Shown here one piece after another: positions 39,951 through 48,511 of a stretch of DNA of 64,000 bases. Source of the stretch: a virus. The stretch is taken from positions 64,001-128,000 of IMG/VR virus record IMGVR_UViG_3300035670_013228, one strand, 5' to 3'. The position numbers and the translations under genes are program-made. Below the pieces are notes generated by a model. The model was not told the DNA's origin. It ran no database searches and saw only the letters and a list, made by a program, of their open reading frames with translations. Position 1 is the first letter of the stretch, and every line of letters starts with the position of its first letter.

Positions 39951-40732
39951 CTATCACCCATAATATGTGGTATTAAATACTTATCAATAAAGTATTTGTA
40001 TGTTTTTGTTTCTATGTTTGAAATTTTTTCTGTTAATCTGATATTATCTATAGCATCAATAATAGAATAGTTTACTATATCATAATGATTGATTCCAGAA
40101 GCTTGACTTTCTAGTAGATAGTTTTGGTCAAGATCAATAACTCCACTATAAAGAGAAAGAATATTTGCCAAATCAGGATAATTAAAAACGCCGACATTAA
40201 CTTCTGATTCGTATTCTGGATTATTCATAACTACTATTTGTCTATTTGTTTTTGGATAAATAATATCTGACAATAACTCTATATTTTTTTCATTATTTTT
40301 TGAGAGCAAAACAACGATCTTATTATTTCTTTCCGGGCCGGTATCAAAGAAAATAGTATGGTCATATAAATTATCAAATAAACATACTGTATTTTTATAT
40401 TTACTATCTATATTCTTTTTCAGCACAACATTTATATTGGTATTATTGATATGTTCAACAAATTTATCATCCACAAGACCATCTACAACAAGATAAATTT
40501 TTACAGAGTCGTCGTGGTCTCTGACAAAGTCATGAAATTCTTGGGTGTATTCCGATATATGCCAGACCAGATTAGAAAATCTGTGTTTTTGATATGTGCT
40601 GAATAACTTGCCGTGAAATTTGCCAAATAAAACATCGGTATTAGACATACTATTTATGCCGTCGATCAAGAACTTATTCATTCCTTTGCTGCAATTATTC
40701 TGAGCGTCGTGCAATAGTGTTGTTTGTTTCAT
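39947..40732 (-). CDS. Degenerate glycosyltransferase-like (GT-B) protein
   Basis: NLYDHTIFF..G and LANILSLYSGVIDLDQNYLLESQASG resemble a GT-B C-terminal domain; ATGA-coupled to its neighbours. Confidence 0.45.
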   Translation of the reverse strand: MKQTTLLHDAQNNCSKGMNKFLIDGINSMSNTDVLFGKFHGKLFSTYQKHRFSNLVWHISEYTQEFHDFVRDHDDSVKIYLVVDGLVDDKFVEHINNTNINVVLKKNIDSKYKNTVCLFDNLYDHTIFFDTGPERNNKIVVLLSKNNEKNIELLSDIIYPKTNRQIVVMNNPEYESEVNVGVFNYPDLANILSLYSGVIDLDQNYLLESQASGINHYDIVNYSIIDAIDNIRLTEKISNIETKTYKYFIDKYLIPHIMGDR

Positions 40733-41427
40733 TATGATATCTTATATTTGTCTCTGAGTCCTTTGATCTCTATGCTATCGGTAGTATTAATTTCATTAAT
40801 ATAAAATTTGTATCCGAATTTTTCTATTAGAAAATTAATAATCTCGAAATCAAACATATTATCGTAACAGTTGTCTATATCACATATGATACTCTGAGCA
40901 TCCCTCTTTGTCAAATAAAAACTTTTATTCCACAGATAATCTCCCATATTATAAAATATAGAACTAATCAATTCCGAATCGATTGTATTTATTCCGAGAT
41001 AATCAGTTTTTATACGATTTCTTTTGTGATGTTTTTTTGTTAATATCCATGATATATTTTTCTTTTTTGTAGAGATATTTTTAATTAGAGTATTAGAATC
41101 TAGAAAAAAAATACCATAATAATTATTTATTGTTGGCTTAATATGATTTAGAAATAGCTTGATAGCATAAGAATCATTTGTATTTTCATATTGAGAATTA
41201 TTAATTATATGCACATGTTTTTTTTTATCAAGAGATTTTATGATTTTGTCTTGTCCAAATCCAAGTACTAGAAATATGTCCACAGGGCCGAATATTTTAC
41301 GTAAATACTCTATTTGATAACTAATAAGTTCTTTCGATGCTTTATTCTTTTTCAGAGTGCCTATTGGACCATATGATTTCATGCCCTTAGTAATGTTATA
41401 TGATAATATACAACAGGCGGTTTTCAT
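40732..41427 (-). CDS. Nucleotidyltransferase-like protein (LicC / sugar-phosphate NTP-transferase fold, divergent)
   Basis: KGMKSYGP...L, LISYQIEYL, IFLVLGF..DKI and N.QYENTN.SY.I motifs. Confidence 0.6.
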   Translation of the reverse strand: MKTACCILSYNITKGMKSYGPIGTLKKNKASKELISYQIEYLRKIFGPVDIFLVLGFGQDKIIKSLDKKKHVHIINNSQYENTNDSYAIKLFLNHIKPTINNYYGIFFLDSNTLIKNISTKKKNISWILTKKHHKRNRIKTDYLGINTIDSELISSIFYNMGDYLWNKSFYLTKRDAQSIICDIDNCYDNMFDFEIINFLIEKFGYKFYINEINTTDSIEIKGLRDKYKIS

Positions 41428-41837
41428 ATTGTTTTTTCTAGAGTAGAAATAGTATAAATTTGATCAAAATATATATTATTGGTTTTTAGTTTCATCTGAT
41501 TAATAATATCTAAAAATTCTGGTTCAGACCATGCCGAAAGAATGTGTTGAAATATACCAGAAAATTTTTCTCCTGTTATTTCTAGTTTTTCTATTTTAGA
41601 TGCTAATAAGCTCAAATTAATAAACTTAATAGATACAGTACCACCTAAACATAACTTATTTATTATAGTCACAAATAAATTATTTCTTTCGTCAAAAGTA
41701 AAATTATCTAAACATAAACAGTCGATGTGGTTCACATAATTATTTGTAATATTATTGAGATTTTCAACATCAATATTATTTAATCCTTTTGGACATGTAT
41801 CATCAATATGTTTAACAATGTTGAGATTCGCTATCAT
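41424..41837 (-). CDS. Degenerate SAM-methyltransferase-like protein
   Basis: LDNF.FDER..LF..I..KL.LGG.VSI..INL resembles the 'LEH..e...l.e..rvLkpGG.l.i' half of class I methyltransferases; the glycine-rich motif I is not evident. Confidence 0.35.
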   Translation of the reverse strand: MIANLNIVKHIDDTCPKGLNNIDVENLNNITNNYVNHIDCLCLDNFTFDERNNLFVTIINKLCLGGTVSIKFINLSLLASKIEKLEITGEKFSGIFQHILSAWSEPEFLDIINQMKLKTNNIYFDQIYTISTLEKTI

Positions 41838-42742
41838 AATATGAAAGCCTTTCTTTTTGAATCGTGTTCTATTATATCGGATAATTTAATCTTGAACAGA
41901 TCGAAATTATGGAAACGTGTGAGGTATTCTACGACAGATTGCTTTACGGGGGGATTTTTAAGATCGCTATTGATATTTCTAGCTATATTATCTATTGATG
42001 ATCTATATATCAGTGATGGTATAGATGTGGTGTCCGATGATGGTACGATAGATAAGCACCCGCAAGCTATAGAAATTAACGAGAGTAATTTATCTGATTG
42101 TAAATTAATTATGCTCTTAAACCCATTTAGATACTCACACAGTTCCGACAATGACATAGATGGTATCTGATCTATAATATCACACTTAATATGTTCGTTT
42201 TCGAGATGGTGTTTTAATTGATGTCCAACCATGTTATTGGGTATATTTAGTATTAGTATATCTTTTTCTCTTTTGTCGTACTCTATAGTAGTATTAAAAA
42301 TTTCCAACGGAATTCCGTAATTTAGTATAATACTATTATGCTGATTCCAGCTTAATGCATAGTTCTCGTCAAAAAAGATTTTTTTGGTATATTTTAATTT
42401 TTGATTGATAATAGACAGATCTTCTTTTTTGATTTGATTTTGTTTAGGACCATGTTCAAAAACAAGAGAATTTAGATGTAACTGTTTTGGTAAAACATCT
42501 TGAGCCGATTGTAACAGAGAGTTGCAAATAAATAGATCATACGAATATAGATCAATATGAGATTCTGGCAAACCCAATGCATTTTCTGAGTTCGATATAT
42601 AGTTATTATCGAAAATGTAAAAGTTATAACCTACATAAAATAGAATTTTATCAAATACAGTATTCGCTGGTCTATATATAATATTTCTTTCGGATTCTAT
42701 AATTTGATGTATAATATTACTATTAATAATATTTAGTCGCAT
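41834..42742 (-). CDS. Degenerate GT-B-like protein
   Basis: NYGIPLEIF and SELCEYLNGFKSIIN...IACGC resemble GT4 landmarks, but the E-x7-E motif is absent. Confidence 0.45.
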   Translation of the reverse strand: MRLNIINSNIIHQIIESERNIIYRPANTVFDKILFYVGYNFYIFDNNYISNSENALGLPESHIDLYSYDLFICNSLLQSAQDVLPKQLHLNSLVFEHGPKQNQIKKEDLSIINQKLKYTKKIFFDENYALSWNQHNSIILNYGIPLEIFNTTIEYDKREKDILILNIPNNMVGHQLKHHLENEHIKCDIIDQIPSMSLSELCEYLNGFKSIINLQSDKLLSLISIACGCLSIVPSSDTTSIPSLIYRSSIDNIARNINSDLKNPPVKQSVVEYLTRFHNFDLFKIKLSDIIEHDSKRKAFIL

Positions 42743-43854
42743 ATTTTTTTACCTATTGTTTCATAACTAAATTGATTTATAGAAGAAATACCTATCTCTC
42801 TTTTTGCTTCATATGCTTTTCTATCGTTTTTGTACATAGTATAAATTTTTTGCATATTTTCTATTAGACTATAAACATTTGGCTTATACCAATATTCATA
42901 AGCATTATAAATATCAAAATCATTAGAAAGAGTTCTTTGCTTTAGCATAACTGGTTGTTTATGACTATTAATTAGAAATCCATTATTATTATCTATAAAA
43001 TCAGCCATACCTGTGTGATCGGTTACTATAGGGGTTTTGCCGAGAATTAAACCTTCTGCTGCTGGACGACAAAATGCTTCTCCGTATGAAGGCATTACTA
43101 GACAATCGCAAGTATTATGTAGACCTATTATATCTATATCGGAGAGTCTATCAGAGATTATAAACTCTTTTTTGTAATACTGTTTAATATTCATTTTCTT
43201 TTTGATCTCTGCTATGTCATCTTTGATAATAGACACAGATTGAGACTGAGAAGCTCCAGGTACGCTAGACTTAATTACTAGTACCACATTGTCTGTATCT
43301 TTAAAAGCTAGATGAAAAGCTATAATCAAATCTGCAAAATTTTTTCTCTCCACATACTCACCTATACAATAAAACTTAAAAGCTTTTTCTGGTAATCCTG
43401 AAATAGACAATTTATAGTTTGCATTATTTTTATACATGTCAATATCTATAGGTTCTGATACGACTTTGATTTTTGTTTTTACTCCAGACTTTTTTAAACA
43501 TAGTTCTTCTTGTTTGGAGGGTACGCAGATTTCGTCTATATTATTAAGATTGTGAATACAAATAGATTTGGATATATTATTAGTTTCTAATACAAACAAT
43601 CCTACATTTTTTGGTCCATTTTTGATAGGAGCTATGCAATGCGGAAGAGTTTTCTGAAAAATAATATCGTATGACGAATATATAGAGTTTTCATACTGTA
43701 TAATTTGTTGATCCGGTTCAGAAGAATTATTGATAAAGAATATCGGTCTGGCGGTTATATTGGGTATCTTGGTGGCTATGGCTTTAATATAGTCTTTGGA
43801 CGCCATACCCCACCCATCTGTTTGCCTATACGGACCTATAAATAAAGCATTCAT
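42733..43854 (-). CDS. Glycosyltransferase family 4 (GT-B)
   Basis: RKN...LI.AF and DCLVMPSYGEAFCRPAAEGLILGKTPIVTD.TGMADF (E-x7-E motif). Confidence 0.9.
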   Translation of the reverse strand: MNALFIGPYRQTDGWGMASKDYIKAIATKIPNITARPIFFINNSSEPDQQIIQYENSIYSSYDIIFQKTLPHCIAPIKNGPKNVGLFVLETNNISKSICIHNLNNIDEICVPSKQEELCLKKSGVKTKIKVVSEPIDIDMYKNNANYKLSISGLPEKAFKFYCIGEYVERKNFADLIIAFHLAFKDTDNVVLVIKSSVPGASQSQSVSIIKDDIAEIKKKMNIKQYYKKEFIISDRLSDIDIIGLHNTCDCLVMPSYGEAFCRPAAEGLILGKTPIVTDHTGMADFIDNNNGFLINSHKQPVMLKQRTLSNDFDIYNAYEYWYKPNVYSLIENMQKIYTMYKNDRKAYEAKREIGISSINQFSYETIGKKICD

Positions 43855-45512
43855 TTGGTTTGATCCTTCATATTGGCATAGATAATAAAATCTTCTTGAG
43901 ATAATAGTTCTGGATTATCTTTCGCCTGCATGGTAATATTATGATTGTTGATTAGTGACTCGAATGTTTGTTTTACATTATCAACATTGTAAGGTTGGGT
44001 ATTCATACCATTTATAGCAAAACCATAATCAAGATCTCTTATCATATTCAATAGAATCATAGATGTTGTTATTTGATTATCGGGAACATTTTTAGATGCC
44101 CAGTCTACTATCATGTCGTATGGATTTTTATTTTTTTCTAGTTCAGTGAGTGATGTTATTTGTGGTAATTGAGTGTCCCATTTACCTTGATAATTAGTTA
44201 AGATAATATTATCTAAATAATTTTCCCATTTTTTAGCTATAATATTCCAATCATAGTGTTTTTCTACCAATGTTCTGGTTTCGTGTCTTTTTTGATTTTT
44301 AAGAATATCGGGAGAAGAAATATAGTTTTTAATGATTTCTACTAGATGATCGTTATCTGGATACACTCGGATAGCTTTGGTTTCTAGTTCTTTAAAAAAG
44401 TGCTTTACTTTTACCGGAAACCCATTAAGTTTTTGTACAACGTCAGACATGGCACTATAATCTACTGATGCCACAGGGACGCCGCAAGCAGCGGCTTCGA
44501 CTTGGGGCATACCGAATCCTTCGCATATAGCATATTGAACATATAGGTCAAAAGTATTGATAATTGTATTCAAATCCTCTTGAGATAATCCATTGCTAAC
44601 ATTCGGCATAGAAAATGAGTAATTTCCACACTTAGGACAAAATGTTACAGGATGTTGGTATAAACACGGTCTTAGAAAATTACATGCTTTACAACTGTAA
44701 GTAAATAAAACTCTATTGCCTATTTCATATTCTTTTAATAGTTGAGGAATATCCCAACCAGCATCAGGATAGCTAGTATGTAGATATAGATATATATTTT
44801 CTCCTGCTGGATTATTTGACTCTTGATAATGGCCGAGTAATTTTTTGAAAACAACGAATAGTTCTGGAATTAGTTTTCTTTTTTGGTTTCTCATTATGCT
44901 TCCAACAACAAAAGCATTTTCTAAACCCATTACTTTTCTGATCTCATCCCTATTGACTAATGGACGAAAGATTTCTAGATTTATACCCGGCGATGTTGTG
45001 TCAATGTAGTTTATTTTATTGTTGCTTTGTATACGAAGAGTATCTCTACCAAAATCTGAGTATGTAAAAATAGCATCAGCATGTAAAAAAGTATCTATCC
45101 ATTCTTCTTGCTGTGGGGCGGAGTCTACTGTTGGCATCAAAATCCAGTGGAAAAATGGTCTTAATGGAGATACTTGCTGATATGAATTCATCCAATAGTC
45201 ACGTATGTCAATAACGACATCTGGTTTAAAATCTAGTAAGACTCTTTCAAATCTCCATCTTCCGAACTGGTTCTCCATAGAACTATTGTATTGTGAATGT
45301 CTGGGATCAGAATGATCCACGGCATTAGCGTAGTATCTCCATGTTATGGAACTATCTTTTGGATCATTCACTTTTCCATAGCAAGCAAATTCTGCTATAT
45401 CGTATTTTCCAGTCGAGTGAAGTCTTGATAACAACTCTTTGGTGTATGTTCCAAAACCAGAATTAAGAAAACTGGCCTCAGAAACCATTAGTATTTTTAG
45501 TTTAGAACTCAT
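43851..45512 (-). CDS. Glycosyltransferase family 4 with an inserted zinc ribbon
   Basis: GFGT, RNQKRK and DLYVQYAICEGFGMPQVEAAACGVP motifs; internal CKAC...CPKCG. Confidence 0.9.
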   Translation of the reverse strand: MSSKLKILMVSEASFLNSGFGTYTKELLSRLHSTGKYDIAEFACYGKVNDPKDSSITWRYYANAVDHSDPRHSQYNSSMENQFGRWRFERVLLDFKPDVVIDIRDYWMNSYQQVSPLRPFFHWILMPTVDSAPQQEEWIDTFLHADAIFTYSDFGRDTLRIQSNNKINYIDTTSPGINLEIFRPLVNRDEIRKVMGLENAFVVGSIMRNQKRKLIPELFVVFKKLLGHYQESNNPAGENIYLYLHTSYPDAGWDIPQLLKEYEIGNRVLFTYSCKACNFLRPCLYQHPVTFCPKCGNYSFSMPNVSNGLSQEDLNTIINTFDLYVQYAICEGFGMPQVEAAACGVPVASVDYSAMSDVVQKLNGFPVKVKHFFKELETKAIRVYPDNDHLVEIIKNYISSPDILKNQKRHETRTLVEKHYDWNIIAKKWENYLDNIILTNYQGKWDTQLPQITSLTELEKNKNPYDMIVDWASKNVPDNQITTSMILLNMIRDLDYGFAINGMNTQPYNVDNVKQTFESLINNHNITMQAKDNPELLSQEDFIIYANMKDQTK

Positions 45513-45533
45513 AATGATATTTATTGTAATTAA

Positions 45534-45567
45534 CGATCTGGCGTAAAATAAGTCTTACGCCAAATCG
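45534..45567 (-). terminator. 13-bp stem-loop downstream of ssb (terminator- or attenuator-like)
   Basis: Minus strand CGATTTGGCGTAA-gacttatt-TTACGCCAGATCG. The single mismatch is a G-U pair only on the minus strand; followed by TTAATT, a weak U-tract. Confidence 0.55.
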
Positions 45568-45591
45568 AAAATTACTTATTATACGAAATAA

Positions 45592-45960
45592 TTAAAAAGC
45601 TACCTTTTCCTTATCTTCTTTGTGATTCCTAGATAGCTTAGTAATCTTAGAAAAATTATTAACTCTTACCTTCAAAGAATTATGCTTAACGCCATCTTTT
45701 TCCCAGCTATCATTTCTCAATGAGCCTTCAACCAAAACCAAATCACCCTTTTTAAAGGATTCTCCTATGATTTCAGCCCCAGTATCCCAAGCTTCGCAAG
45801 GAACAAACGTTGTGATCTTATCCTTTTCTCCGTTTGCCTTTGTGTAGTCTCGTGAAACAGCAATGGTGAAGTTTACAACAGATGTTTGTTTATCTCCTGT
45901 TGTGACAGTTCTAACTTCTGGATCACGAGCCAAATTACCACGTAATATATTAATGTTCAT
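45592..45960 (-). CDS. ssb: Single-stranded DNA-binding protein
   Basis: GNLARDPEVR, NFTIAVSR, LVEGSLRNDSWEKDG motifs; C-terminal ..VAF; SD AGGAG. Confidence 0.95.
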   Translation of the reverse strand: MNINILRGNLARDPEVRTVTTGDKQTSVVNFTIAVSRDYTKANGEKDKITTFVPCEAWDTGAEIIGESFKKGDLVLVEGSLRNDSWEKDGVKHNSLKVRVNNFSKITKLSRNHKEDKEKVAF

Positions 45961-46002
45961 TATTAATTATCTCCTAAGTTAAATAACCAAGCCTACGACA
46001 GT

Positions 46003-46031
46003 ATTATACCAAAAAGACACACAGATGTCAA
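46003..46031 (-). promoter_or_regulatory. Consensus sigma70-type promoter for ssb
   Basis: TTGACA (46031-46026, overlapping the dnaE-C stop), a 17-nt spacer, then TATAAT (46008-46003). Confidence 0.8.
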
Positions 46032-47644
46032 GTTTTCGGTATAAAACACTTTTCTACTATAAATGAATCATCACCCTGTCCTTTTTTACCCTTAATAATA
46101 ATTATGTTATTGTCAAATAGAATATGTTTATATGTTCTATATGCTTCGGGGAAAAAGATAACACTATCTATAGATCCATAGCCGTCCGTTAAGCATACAA
46201 AAGCCATCTCTGCACCAGGAGATTTTCCAGACTTTGTTTTTGTTATATTTAAGCTAGAAATTTCTCCGCACACAATAAGATTATCTTTTAGTAAAATAGT
46301 TTTAAAATCTTTGCAGTTACAATTAGTCATGCTAACATCATACATATCCACTTTTGAACAAGTAATAGGACATCCTAAAACCTCATCTTCGGAATCAGCA
46401 ATCCATTCAGGATTATCATCCAGAGAATATGGTGGTTTTTTAATTGTGTCTAACATACTATTAATAGTAGTTTTTCTTTTTTGTGTTAATTTATGTTCAT
46501 GACATAGTTTATATATATACTCATATATAGTACTACATGAAGATATTTGATTTATTAGATATAATATTTCTTTGTTGGTAAGCTCGCTAACTAAACTAAA
46601 TTCAAATAACATACTTGTTCTAGTTTTTTTTGTAAAGTCAAGAGATCCCGATTTTATTAGAGCTTTAGCTGCTGTAGAATTAATATTAAGTAATATACGA
46701 AATAGAATATCGTACCAACTAGATTGGTATAGATCAATCTTATTATCTTCTACTATAGTAGATAATTTTTTATATACAGAAGATCCAAAACCTTTAATAT
46801 CTGTTAAACCAAAATATATATTTTTATCTTTTAGTATAAATAGTTCATTCATAAGACGTAAGTCTGGAACACTAACCAATATATCCATTTCTGTAGCATT
46901 TTGAACTAAAGATTTGATTTCTGCTTTAGGATCTATTTTATCTTTAGCGAATCTAAGATACGAAGCAAAGAAAACTTTAGGAAAATGAGCCTTACAATAT
47001 GCGGATAAATAGGCATTAATCGCATACGATACTGCATGACTTTTATTAAAAGAATATCTTTGGCTTTTTTCTATCCATCCAAAAATTTCCTCAGCTTCTG
47101 ATACCGAAACTATTTTTTTGTGTTTGGCCCCATCTATAAATTTATTTTTTAGTTTGGACATTTCTTCTGGTTTTTTCTTACCAATAGCTTTTCTAAGATT
47201 ATCTGCTTCTTGTAGGTCAAATCCGGCTATTTCTTTAGCTATTTCCATAGCCTGTTCCTGATAAATCATTTCACCATAGGTCTTTTTAAGTATGGATTCT
47301 AGTGCTGGATGATAATAATCTACAGATTCTTTGCCATTCTTTTTATCTATATAATGACTACTAACAGTTTTACCGTCTCTTACCGCTTCTAAGCATCCTG
47401 GTCTTAGAATGCTGATTAATGCGGATAGCTGTTCTATGTTCTGTGGTTTTAACTTTTTCGCCATTGATCGCCCTAAACGAGACTCTAATTGAAAACAACC
47501 TTTTGTGTTACCATCAGAAATAAGATTCCATGTTTTAGGACAATCTAGATTTATTTGATTGTTTATCGGATTAAAAGCAATATTTGTTTTATTTTGATCC
47601 AATAAATCAAATGAACAACCACATGAGTATGCAAATTTCTTCAT
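46028..47644 (-). CDS. dnaE: DNA polymerase III alpha, C-terminal half (fingers, HhH, OB)
   Basis: TKGCFQLES, LISILRPG, IYQEQAM, LRKAIGKK, YSFNKSHA and GLTDIKGFG motifs, and the OB-fold MAFVCLTD. Confidence 0.95.
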   Translation of the reverse strand: MKKFAYSCGCSFDLLDQNKTNIAFNPINNQINLDCPKTWNLISDGNTKGCFQLESRLGRSMAKKLKPQNIEQLSALISILRPGCLEAVRDGKTVSSHYIDKKNGKESVDYYHPALESILKKTYGEMIYQEQAMEIAKEIAGFDLQEADNLRKAIGKKKPEEMSKLKNKFIDGAKHKKIVSVSEAEEIFGWIEKSQRYSFNKSHAVSYAINAYLSAYCKAHFPKVFFASYLRFAKDKIDPKAEIKSLVQNATEMDILVSVPDLRLMNELFILKDKNIYFGLTDIKGFGSSVYKKLSTIVEDNKIDLYQSSWYDILFRILLNINSTAAKALIKSGSLDFTKKTRTSMLFEFSLVSELTNKEILYLINQISSCSTIYEYIYKLCHEHKLTQKRKTTINSMLDTIKKPPYSLDDNPEWIADSEDEVLGCPITCSKVDMYDVSMTNCNCKDFKTILLKDNLIVCGEISSLNITKTKSGKSPGAEMAFVCLTDGYGSIDSVIFFPEAYRTYKHILFDNNIIIIKGKKGQGDDSFIVEKCFIPKT

Positions 47645-48327
47645 CTAAAAGAATCCTTAAATTTAATGTTCTTAGAGAGTCTTCTGTGTAGTTTCATAAA
47701 TCTAATCATTATATTCGCTGTGTCTATGACATCTTTGGAAGCATCGTGAGCACCTTCCTTTGATATTCCGAAATATTCTCTTAGTGAATCTAAAGTATAA
47801 CTCTTAATATCACTATTCTGTTCAAACCAATAAAATATAAGATTAATTACATCTATAACATCTCTAGGATAAAAAAGATCTGTTTTTCCTTCTTTATTTA
47901 TGTTTTTATATTTGCTACTAAGTCTATTGATTATGGGTAAATCAAATCTATATATATTATATCCAGCAGCTATTGGTGCTGTAAACTGACTTTTTTTAGA
48001 CGATCTTGTATGGTATTTATCGAGATAGTCTGTAAACATTTTCCAAGAATGTTCTTGAGCAGGATTTGCTTTCCATTTACTTATAATATCTTCTTTTGAG
48101 CAACCATAAACCTTGGCATGAAAATCTACAACATCTGTGGTATATACGTAGTCGGAATCTTTTTCAAGAGTTTCTGGCTTAAAATAAATATTAAATTCTG
48201 AATTGGGTATAATTTCTAGATTAATGGGATCGATTATCACAGCAGCCAATTGGACAGGACTGCAAGACTCTGCATCTACGCCGTCCGTTTCAAAATCAAA
48301 AACACAAATTTTGTTATAATTGATCAT
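47641..48327 (-). CDS. dnaQ: DEDDh 3'-5' exonuclease (DnaQ/epsilon-like)
   Basis: ExoI VFDFETDG, ExoII GYNIYRFD and ExoIII AHDASKD motifs. Confidence 0.85.
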   Translation of the reverse strand: MINYNKICVFDFETDGVDAESCSPVQLAAVIIDPINLEIIPNSEFNIYFKPETLEKDSDYVYTTDVVDFHAKVYGCSKEDIISKWKANPAQEHSWKMFTDYLDKYHTRSSKKSQFTAPIAAGYNIYRFDLPIINRLSSKYKNINKEGKTDLFYPRDVIDVINLIFYWFEQNSDIKSYTLDSLREYFGISKEGAHDASKDVIDTANIMIRFMKLHRRLSKNIKFKDSFR

Positions 48328-48509
48328 TCTGTTACAACTTCTACCTCTGTAATAGGAATTATGAAATGTTTTTTTGTTGAATCTGTGGCAAGAACAGCAT
48401 TGAAGAGTTTACAGCAAGATATTCTTTCGTCTTGAATTTTAATAAATTCTTTATTATCTGTTTTAAACTTGGTGCCAACCGAAATATCTGCAAATTTTTG
48501 TAGTGACAT
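48324..48509 (-). CDS. Small beta-rich hypothetical protein (SH3/KOW-like)
   Basis: 61 aa, F.DISVGTKF...F.K pattern; tightly coupled between dnaE-N and the exonuclease, with SD AAGGAG upstream. Confidence 0.6.
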   Translation of the reverse strand: MSLQKFADISVGTKFKTDNKEFIKIQDERISCCKLFNAVLATDSTKKHFIIPITEVEVVTE

Positions 48510-48511
48510 AA

